Origin: Spirochaetota bacterium
Lineage (GTDB): Bacteria > Spirochaetota > UBA4802 > JAGODF01
DNA: 64,000 bases
Assembly: GCA_026419015.1 (NCBI GenBank)
Contig: JAOAAF010000002.1
Coordinates: forward strand, 811 to 64,810
Reading direction: 5' to 3'
This document shows positions 29,357 to 37,012 of the stretch, in pieces; the first letter of the stretch is position 1, and every line of letters starts with the position of its first letter. The notes under the pieces are model-generated. The model worked only from the letters and a program-made list of their open reading frames with translations. It was not told where the DNA came from and ran no database searches. Made by a program: the position numbers and the translations under genes.

Positions 29357-30699
29357 TAAAAAGTGCTCACGAATTGAATTCGCTTTTAAATAATGAAAAG
29401 CAATTAAAAGTTTCGCGATATACTCTCAAACCAATTTTCGCACTTCTTGAAAAGATGGGTAATCCACATTTGAGTTTCCCCGCAATTCATGTTGGAGGTA
29501 CGAATGGGAAAGGATCAACTGCTCATTTTATTCATCGGATACTTTCCGATGCTGGTTTTAAAACTGGGCTATATACCTCGCCGCATTTGCGTGTGCTCAA
29601 TGAGCGAATACGCGTTGGGAACGATCTTATTGCGGATGATGAATTGGAAGTGTGCAGTGAGGAAGTGATTTCAATCATCAAGCAATATCCAGAAATCAAG
29701 CCAACTTGGTTTGATGCAATTACGGCAATAGCGTTTCGTTATTTTCAACAAAAAAAGGTCGATTATGCGGTCGTAGAAGTTGGGCTTGGAGGAAGACTCG
29801 ATTCGACGAATGTAGTTGCCCCCATTGTTTCAATCATTACCAATGTTGATTATGATCACACTGACGTGCTTGGGTATCGCATTGAAGAAATTGCGCGCGA
29901 AAAAGCGGGGATTATAAAGCAAAATGTTCCAATCGTAACTGCAGCGAAAGCGAAGGCGTTGAAAGAAATAGAGATGGCGGCAAATGCAAAAAGCGCACCT
30001 CTATTCGTATATGGAAAAGATTTCACCGCACGCGGTAGTGGCGTTTCGGAAGACGGATTTCGGAGATTCGACTATGTGTGGAAAGGAAATGCGCATTTGG
30101 ATTTTCAAAAAACAATTGCTGGAATTGCCATCCAAAATCCTCTGCCCATTCAAGTGATAAATGCCGCGTTGGCAATTGCTGCTTCGCATCTGATCGATAG
30201 TACTCTCAGCGATGAGCTTCTTCGAAAATCATTACGCGGCTGTACAATCCCAGGAAGATTTGATTTGATTTCGCAAAAACCATTGATAATTTTTGATCCA
30301 GCACATAATGTTTCTGCAATAAGAGCAATATGCGAATACCTCAGCGGTGCGTATCCGCAGAAACGGAAAATAGTGGTGCTACACTGTATGGCCAATAAGG
30401 ATGTTGATGGAATGATTTCGTGTATTCAAAATACCTTGACAAGTGAAATATTTTATATCAAAAGAAACGATGAGCGCGCCTTTGTGCCGAGCGATGCGTA
30501 TTTGGAAAAGTTGAAGATTTTTGAAAATGAAGAAGAACTCATTTGTGCACTTCAATCGTGCAAGGAAGACGCGCTTCTGTTCTTTACTGGTACCTTTCGC
30601 CATTATGAATGTGCCCTTCGAGTGGCACAAATGCTTTCTACTGATATTTTAAAGGAAACTTATGAAAATGGGATACGAAAAAGTAATTGCGCTGGTTGA
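29353..30699 (+). CDS. folC: folylpolyglutamate synthase / dihydrofolate synthase
   Basis: HVGGTNGKGST P-loop, YTSPHL, VEVGLGGRLDSTNV, DHTDVLG. ATGA overlap with aroE. Confidence 0.9.
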   Translation: MIKSAHELNSLLNNEKQLKVSRYTLKPIFALLEKMGNPHLSFPAIHVGGTNGKGSTAHFIHRILSDAGFKTGLYTSPHLRVLNERIRVGNDLIADDELEVCSEEVISIIKQYPEIKPTWFDAITAIAFRYFQQKKVDYAVVEVGLGGRLDSTNVVAPIVSIITNVDYDHTDVLGYRIEEIAREKAGIIKQNVPIVTAAKAKALKEIEMAANAKSAPLFVYGKDFTARGSGVSEDGFRRFDYVWKGNAHLDFQKTIAGIAIQNPLPIQVINAALAIAASHLIDSTLSDELLRKSLRGCTIPGRFDLISQKPLIIFDPAHNVSAIRAICEYLSGAYPQKRKIVVLHCMANKDVDGMISCIQNTLTSEIFYIKRNDERAFVPSDAYLEKLKIFENEEELICALQSCKEDALLFFTGTFRHYECALRVAQMLSTDILKETYENGIRKSNCAG

Positions 30700-31618
30700 G
30701 GAAATTGGTGCCATTATGAAAGATTTCGCAAAAGGGAATATTCCCCTCTCGGTAGCAGAAGAAGCGTATGAGCGGCTTTCTGGAGAATGCGAACGGTTGG
30801 AATCCGATTTGGAAAATCCGTTTTCACCTCACCTCGTGCAAGGGATTCTGTACCATCATAATGTGAAGAATTGTTGCATCCATTCTGGATTATATGTTCG
30901 AAATAATAACTCGATTCACCCAATGTGTGCCATTGGAGAAGCCCAGATCGCGAAGAAAATTTCAGAGGTGCTTACGAAACAGAAAATCTCAGAAAACTCC
31001 ACTGTTTATCGGATCGGTGGTGAAATTATGCAATTTCCATCACATACCTTGTATGCGGTGAAAATTGGAACAGATGCTCGTTCCCCGATTTTCGGTGCGT
31101 TAACTTCATCGACGCATTTTGCAGAAGAGGTATTTCTCTATACCGCGCATTTTCTTTCTATTCTTTTGAAAATCGAAGTAGGTACGGTGCAACATTATAA
31201 TTATTTTAGTGAAATAAAGAAACAAGTTAGTGAATTCCTCGGTGAGAATCTTTCGTTAAATCGCGATATCAACATTGCCGTATTTATTTTTCGAAATATT
31301 GAAAAGATTTTTAGCCATATGGGATTTCGGATTTTATTAGATGTTGCGGCAACAATAAAAAAGACCATTCAAGATTCATTTGGCACAAATACATTGTGCG
31401 TGTATCCATCGTTGCGATTGTTTGTTGCATTTACGCCACTGTTGCCACACCGCGAGGAAGAAATACGAAAAAAGAAAATAGAATTTTATTACCAGGGGCT
31501 TGCAATTCCTTTTCAAAGGATCAACCTTCCACTTCGTATTGTCGATGCAAAGGAACGCATCTGGTATGATATTTTCCATTTCGAGGATTATGTGTGCAGA
31601 GGAGATGTTCATCGATGA
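30662..31618 (+). CDS. hypothetical protein; GAF-like N-terminal half and degenerate GGDEF-like C-terminal half (tentative)
   Basis: 318-aa ORF with an AAGGAAAC RBS, starting inside the folC 3' end. The C-terminal layout IAVFIFRNIEKIFSHMGFRILLDVAATIKK...LCVYPSLRLFVAFTP resembles the GGDEF palm, with SLRLF at the GG(D/E)EF position. The domain calls are pattern recognition only. Confidence 0.5.
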   Translation: MKMGYEKVIALVEEIGAIMKDFAKGNIPLSVAEEAYERLSGECERLESDLENPFSPHLVQGILYHHNVKNCCIHSGLYVRNNNSIHPMCAIGEAQIAKKISEVLTKQKISENSTVYRIGGEIMQFPSHTLYAVKIGTDARSPIFGALTSSTHFAEEVFLYTAHFLSILLKIEVGTVQHYNYFSEIKKQVSEFLGENLSLNRDINIAVFIFRNIEKIFSHMGFRILLDVAATIKKTIQDSFGTNTLCVYPSLRLFVAFTPLLPHREEEIRKKKIEFYYQGLAIPFQRINLPLRIVDAKERIWYDIFHFEDYVCRGDVHR

Positions 31619-32115
31619 GGCGTAAACAGGTGACGATTATCGGATCCAGCGACTGCGGATTTGTCCACGAAGCATACGCACTGGGGAAGCACATCGCCCA
31701 AAAGGGATGGGTTCTTGTTACCGGCGGAAGAGGAGGCATAATGGAGTCTGCATCAAAGGGTGCTCGGGAGCACGGCGGTATTGTAGTTGGAATTTTGCCA
31801 TTTGAGGAACATCGCTTTGCAAATCCATACTGCGATATTGTGATTCCAACAGGAATCGGGTTTGCGCGCAATCTTTGCAATGTGCTTTCTGGAGATGTGA
31901 TAGTTGCAATGGGTGGTGGTGCAGGGACTCTTTCCGAAATTGCATACGCGTGGCAATTTCGAAGACCGGTGATTGCTTGCACATTTATTGAGGGATGGAG
32001 CAAGAAACTTGCAAGCGAACAAATTGACGAACGTGGTGGAAAAATTATTATTGCGAATTCGCTGCAAGAAGCCGTAAATCTGTTAGATAATCTTATATTA
32101 AGTGATGCTCAATAA
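31615..32115 (+). CDS. TIGR00725-type LOG/SLOG-superfamily Rossmann protein
   Basis: VTIIGSS, VTGGRGGIMESASKGA and AMGGGAGTLSEIAYAW (PGGxGTxxE-like). ATG at 31615 with a GAGGAG RBS and an ATGA overlap with the upstream stop. Confidence 0.75.
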   Translation: MRRKQVTIIGSSDCGFVHEAYALGKHIAQKGWVLVTGGRGGIMESASKGAREHGGIVVGILPFEEHRFANPYCDIVIPTGIGFARNLCNVLSGDVIVAMGGGAGTLSEIAYAWQFRRPVIACTFIEGWSKKLASEQIDERGGKIIIANSLQEAVNLLDNLILSDAQ

Positions 32116-32369
32116 AATCGCATTGCGCGAATTGTGTTGATAAGAAATTCGACGCATAATTATTTAAATAGCGATGTAATGTTAATTGCGTTCATGCAAA
32201 AAATGTGCTCATACCGCGTTTATTTGATGATGGCAATCAATGCCACGATTTTTGCAAGGTATAATTCACCTCTGATGGAACAATTCGCTTGCTGCTTTAC
32301 GTATTGTGCATAATCTCATCCCATAGTTTCATGGATGAGTAAATCGGAAATTCGCTCACACTTTCCTTT

Positions 32370-33956
32370 TCACTCGTGCATGGGTGGATATCCTGTTATG
32401 CGGCGGATATCGTCGTATAGCGGTTTTAACCTATTGTACATGTTGAGATAAATCTTTTCATAGAGTTGTTGGTATAGATCGCAATTTTTTTTAATTGGTT
32501 CGTAACGCTCTCCAATATGCGTCATTGCAGAGACTGCTGATCGAAAGTCGGAATAAAATTTAAGTCCCACAGCAGCGTCGATTGCAGCTCCGAGTGCGGA
32601 TGTTTCGTAGGTATGAGGTTTTTCTGCAGGGAGGTTAAATATATCTGCAGTAATTTGCATTGCTTGTTTGCTTTGCGATCCGCCCCCGGCAACGCGAATT
32701 GCTTTGATGGGAACTTTGTTTCGCTTTTCGGTGCGCTCTTTCCCTTCACGCAATGCATATGCGAGACCTTCAATTATGGCACGATAGATGTGAGCTCTGG
32801 TGTGAACATCGCCAAAACCAATGATTGCTCCTTTCGCTTCTGGACCAGGAATTTTTGCGCCTGGTGACCAATACGGTTGAAGGGTGAGGCCCATTGAACC
32901 GGGTGGAATGTCCCGGATGAGTTCGTCGAATAGAATTTCGGGAGCGATTTTACGCTTTACGGCAATCTGCATTTCGCGAAGCCCAAATTCTTTCTTAAAC
33001 CAACTTACCATCCAATATCCTCGATAGATCATCACCTCTGTATTATATGCGCCGGGAACTGCACTTGGGTACGGCGGGAAGAAGGGGACGATCTCCACAT
33101 ATTTTTCATTTGTAGTTTCAATTGTTGCAGTAGTCCCATACGAAAGGCACGCAATTTCGGGAGTAAGGCATCCCGCCCCGAGGACTTCACAAGCTTTATC
33201 GGCTGCAGCGGCTACCAACGGCAGACCTGCTGGGATCGCAGTTTCCTGTGAAGCTTTTTTGGTGATGTATCCGAGAAGTTCCGATGGGCGTACTAATTGG
33301 GGAAGCACCGATGGATTCATTGGGAACATGCGCCATTTCATATCGGTGGGCTTTGCCCACTGTTGTAGTTTAAAATCAAATGGCAAATAGCCAACAGTAC
33401 AGCCTACTGAGTCGATAAATTCACCGCACAATTTATAGGTAAAAAATCCCGAAAGCAATAGAAACTTGTGAGTCTTTTCCCAAATTTCTGGTTGATTTTG
33501 ACGAATCCAATTGCATTCAGCATCGCGAATGGTTTGTTCCATTGCTTCTAACATTCCTGTTGCTTTGAGAAGAACGCGAAGTATTCCGGATGGAAAATCT
33601 TCCACTTTTGCTTTTCGTTGATCGAGCCATACAATCGCAGGACGAAGGGGCTTACCGTTTTTGTCTAAATTTATAACCGTAGCGCGTTGAGTGGTAAGCG
33701 TAACCCCTTTAATAATTTGAAGGTAGACTTTATTTTTTTTTAATAGTTTTTTTGTAGTGATGCAAAGAGTATTCCAGTAGTAATTGGGATCCTGTTCAGC
33801 CCACCCCGGTTTCATTGAAAAATAAGGTTCGATTGGAGTTTTGACGATGTCGACAATGTTTCCGTGTAAATCGATAATCGCAGCGCGAATCGATTGAGTT
33901 CCTGCGTCGATCGATAAAATGCATTCGCCGAGTTTCGATGTTTTTTTTGCGGTCAT
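32370..33956 (-). CDS. FGGY-family carbohydrate kinase
   Basis: LSIDAGTQSIRAAI (N-terminal actin-fold phosphate 1), CLSYGTTA, RVAGGGSQS, SALGAAIDAAVG. ATG at 33956 with an AAGGTGGGG RBS. Confidence 0.85.
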   Translation of the reverse strand: MTAKKTSKLGECILSIDAGTQSIRAAIIDLHGNIVDIVKTPIEPYFSMKPGWAEQDPNYYWNTLCITTKKLLKKNKVYLQIIKGVTLTTQRATVINLDKNGKPLRPAIVWLDQRKAKVEDFPSGILRVLLKATGMLEAMEQTIRDAECNWIRQNQPEIWEKTHKFLLLSGFFTYKLCGEFIDSVGCTVGYLPFDFKLQQWAKPTDMKWRMFPMNPSVLPQLVRPSELLGYITKKASQETAIPAGLPLVAAAADKACEVLGAGCLTPEIACLSYGTTATIETTNEKYVEIVPFFPPYPSAVPGAYNTEVMIYRGYWMVSWFKKEFGLREMQIAVKRKIAPEILFDELIRDIPPGSMGLTLQPYWSPGAKIPGPEAKGAIIGFGDVHTRAHIYRAIIEGLAYALREGKERTEKRNKVPIKAIRVAGGGSQSKQAMQITADIFNLPAEKPHTYETSALGAAIDAAVGLKFYSDFRSAVSAMTHIGERYEPIKKNCDLYQQLYEKIYLNMYNRLKPLYDDIRRITGYPPMHE

Positions 33957-34390
33957 AGGAAAATGCCCCACCTTAAGTTAATGTGTACGCTTCGACTACT
34001 GTTTTTGCTTATAATTTGAATTTCAAGGATTTTTTCTTACTGACTTAGGAAATCTTTCACAATAAGAAGATCTTTCGCTATTTTCGAAAAGACAAGCTAT
34101 TACCGTCAATAGTTTAAAAAGAGTGTGAAACCGTGCAAATTGCGGAATTAGAAATTTCTTTGTGAGATGTTACACTAATATTTTAACGTTGCACTCTAAA
34201 TTTGAAATTGCGCATTATTTTCTTGTTGCTTTTTTTTGAAACTAAATGATTTTTTTTAGGCAGATCTTGAAAAACAGTTCCATATGGCGCGTTGTCGCAT
34301 TGGGCATGTTTGCAAGTTTTTTGGTTAGGTTAAAAGTCAGGTGGGTTTGACTATTAAATGAATTTTCACAAAGGAAAGGTATAAAAAAAT

Positions 34391-35437
34391 ATGTGTGAAT
34401 TGTTAGGATTAGCCTTTAGTGAGCCCATAATGCCCACGCTATCTTTTCGAGGATTTCGCCATCGAGGGAAAGATAATCGGGATGGATGGGGGTTAGCATA
34501 TTATCCAGATGAATCAGTTCAGGTAATTAAGGAGCCATTACCAGCTTTCAAAAGCAAGTTATCGGAATTTTTGCAATATTATTCCAAAATAAAATCGAAA
34601 ATAATCATTGCTCATGTAAGATATACAAGCGGAACATCCATTACTTATAAAAATACGCATCCCTTTCAGCGGGAGTTGTTTGGCAAAGAATATGTTTTTG
34701 CACATAATGGAACGTTGAAAGGTTACACATCGTTTAATACGGGCCGATTTACCCCTGTTGGAGAAACCGATTCGGAATATGCATTTTGTCGAATTCTCCA
34801 TTCCATCGAGGGGGAAAATATCAAACAATGGACAAGCGAAAGTTTTAATAGGTTGCATGATATTTTAAAAGCAATTAATAATTCTGGTTCTTTCAATTGT
34901 TTAATTTCTGATGGAGAATATTTGTTTTGTTATCGTGACAAGAACGGATATAACGGGCTATGTTTCGTTCAACGGAGTGCGCCATTTGGTAAAGTTCGTT
35001 TGTGTGACGAAGATTATGAAATAAATCTTGCAGAGGAAAAAAGCAAAACTCAGAAAGGTTTTATTGTGGCAACAAAACCGCTAACCGATGAAACGTGGAA
35101 TTCTTTTGCGCCTGCCGAACTCATCGTGTTTAAAAATGGGGTTATGGTTTTTTCAAGCACTGGAAGGGATGCAAATTCACTATCCATTTCGTTCGATGAG
35201 AACGAAATGGAAATTTTGAGAGTTCTCAGGCGAAGCCCTCATCGGGTAGCATTGAAAACGATATGCGAGAACATAGAAATACCTCGTGAGAAGATAATTC
35301 TTTCGATTCGCTCATTGTTGAATAAAGGATATATCAAACAGGACAGGAGAGACAAAGTGGGCGGCGATCACGATGATGCGACATTTTATACCGAATCTTC
35401 GAAAAGGCTGGAAATTGATAGGTTAATTAAAAAATAA
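34391..35437 (+). CDS. class II (Ntn) glutamine amidotransferase domain fused to a C-terminal winged-helix domain
   Basis: MCELLG with Cys2 nucleophile, AHVRYTS, THPF and FAHNG motifs of YafJ-type GATase. The C-terminal ~90 aa (EILRVLRRSPHRVALKTICENIEIPREKIILSIRSLLNKGYIK) look like a MarR/ArsR-type wHTH. Confidence 0.8.
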   Translation: MCELLGLAFSEPIMPTLSFRGFRHRGKDNRDGWGLAYYPDESVQVIKEPLPAFKSKLSEFLQYYSKIKSKIIIAHVRYTSGTSITYKNTHPFQRELFGKEYVFAHNGTLKGYTSFNTGRFTPVGETDSEYAFCRILHSIEGENIKQWTSESFNRLHDILKAINNSGSFNCLISDGEYLFCYRDKNGYNGLCFVQRSAPFGKVRLCDEDYEINLAEEKSKTQKGFIVATKPLTDETWNSFAPAELIVFKNGVMVFSSTGRDANSLSISFDENEMEILRVLRRSPHRVALKTICENIEIPREKIILSIRSLLNKGYIKQDRRDKVGGDHDDATFYTESSKRLEIDRLIKK

Positions 35438-35617
35438 CCAATCGGACATCAGTTCGCAATGCGCATGCGAGCTTTCGCGTTTCACAAAATAAATTACACT
35501 GTTTTACGGAACGCAAGATAAGAGTATCTACGAGCGAATATGTTGTGCTGTGTGACGCCTGTCATTGGGCGAAAAGGAATTTAACAAATGGGCAAAAAGT
35601 ATATTTCTTGCGGGGAA

Positions 35618-35833
35618 TTAAAAAAATTTCATGCTCCCCATTGCGAAGATGATGCACAAATGGCATTGTCCTTCCCCGCATAATCTCGATTTGATCATAG
35701 ATGAGATGTTACTGGGAAACACACGCAATTTCTTTGATAAGTCGAAGTTCTCCTTACTTTCATCTCTTATTAGTTTTAATTCCTGTAAACTCAAATCCTG
35801 ATAGTGGGCAAATCTTGTTGTTGTGTATTGCAT
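35618..35833 (-). CDS. possible small XRE-type HTH protein (may be a remnant)
   Basis: 71-aa ORF. LKLIRDESKENFDLSKKLRVFPSNISSMIKSRLCGE fits the helix-turn-helix pattern of XRE regulators. The frame stays open about 40 codons upstream without a start codon, and there is no clear RBS. Confidence 0.3.
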   Translation of the reverse strand: MQYTTTRFAHYQDLSLQELKLIRDESKENFDLSKKLRVFPSNISSMIKSRLCGEGQCHLCIIFAMGSMKFF

Positions 35834-36245
35834 TTTCTGTTTTTCGATAAACTTGGCTCGTACTTTTGCCTTAATTTCGTCGTCTTTGAATGCCTCATAA
35901 GATCGAATGGCAAATCCAATCAGGTGTTTCTCGTAAAAAAGTATTATTATTCGAAGTTACAATTGAAACGCTCATATTGCCCACATGCGTGTTAACGATA
36001 TGCGCGAATTGTAAAAAAGGTATTCAATGTATCAGCGAAATAGTGTTTGTGCAGATGAAAACTCCCATAAGCGTTTTGAAAAGGAAGATTGCGCGTTATG
36101 CCAATTAAAGTGTAAGTGCAGAGCCTTTGGGATAATTTTTTGACGCAGAAAGCGGATGAAGTGACTTTCAATCAAACAGAATTTTCTCGCATTATATTTT
36201 GAATTGCTTAAAATTTAGTGAAAAATCGGAAGTAAAACAATATAA

Positions 36246-36276
36246 ATAAAAAAGCCCGTGAAATACGGGCTTTTAA
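36246..36276 (-). terminator. rho-independent terminator
   Basis: GCCCG-tgaaata-CGGGC flanked by A/T runs. Read on the minus strand it is followed by TTTTTTATTT, about 20 nt after the stop of the 36297..36818 gene. Confidence 0.7.
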
Positions 36277-36296
36277 AATGAAAAATTGCGTTATAT

Positions 36297-36818
36297 TTAC
36301 CGTTCCCACGGCCATCTTCCGCAGCCAACGTTGGAACTCGTTTTGCAGGTGGCCCAGCTGTGGTATCCATCAATGCTCGTTCCATAATACCCATATGCGA
36401 GTAAACTCGCCCATCCACCTAAGATGTTTGCATGATTCATCCTTTTGCCGAACGAAGAAAGACCGCGGTTTGTTTGGGTATGGCAGACGCCGGTAATGCC
36501 ATAGAAAATATAGCATGGGCTTAGTGGGTTGTTGCTCGCACGCGCACGGGATGCGCACCGTTCGCTCGAAGTGGTTGGTCCATATGTATCCCACATGCGG
36601 GGCCCCCCCGCCGAACTAGATTGTATTCCCCATCCGTTGATGGCATAACAATCGCTCGTTCCGTTTAAGCAAAAATACGTATGATCGAGCCATATGGAGC
36701 CCCATAGAATTGTAAATGGGCTTTTAAACGCGCTCCCGTATGTCGTTTGCGCATACGATGCGTTGACCGCCACCACGCCCGCCAGCAGTATGGTACCCAT
36801 CATTATTATTTTTTTCAT
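36297..36818 (-). CDS. secreted Cys/Trp/Gly/Tyr-rich protein of unknown family
   Basis: GAGGGGG RBS, signal peptide MKKIIMMGTILLAGVVAVNASYA, 7 Cys in the mature part, own terminator. The gene is visibly more G+C-rich than its neighbours. Confidence 0.6.
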   Translation of the reverse strand: MKKIIMMGTILLAGVVAVNASYAQTTYGSAFKSPFTILWGSIWLDHTYFCLNGTSDCYAINGWGIQSSSAGGPRMWDTYGPTTSSERCASRARASNNPLSPCYIFYGITGVCHTQTNRGLSSFGKRMNHANILGGWASLLAYGYYGTSIDGYHSWATCKTSSNVGCGRWPWER

Positions 36819-36951
36819 TCAATACCCCCTCTTGTGTGACCTAAAAATTTATTTGATCCTACAATAAACATATTACCAACCAGACGGTCTGTCAAGAGAG
36901 AGAATATCTTATATTCAGAGATGTCTTCAATTGAAAAACTTCGAATTGTGC

Positions 36952-36972
36952 AAAATCCGTATCGCGGATTTT
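36952..36972 (-). terminator. possible terminator hairpin after the 609-aa gene
   Basis: AAAATCCG-tatcg-CGGATTTT, about 40 nt downstream of the stop at 37013. Confidence 0.4.
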
Positions 36973-37012
36973 GAGAAGCGTGTATGCAAAATTTTTTTTA
37001 ATGTTTATTTTT

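Noticed and set aside
31521-32003. 160-aa antisense ORF opposite the TIGR00725 gene
   Set aside because: It is a shadow ORF in a locally G+C-richer segment. The sense frame carries clear LOG/SLOG motifs.
32194-32313. 39-codon Cys-containing small ORF (MQKMCSYRVYLMMAINATIFARYNSPLMEQFACCFTYCA) in the 254-nt spacer after the SLOG gene
   Set aside because: It has no Shine-Dalgarno sequence, no adjacent maturation or transport genes, and its composition matches the spacer. It is probably a chance ORF. Only comparative or ribosome-profiling data could rescue it.
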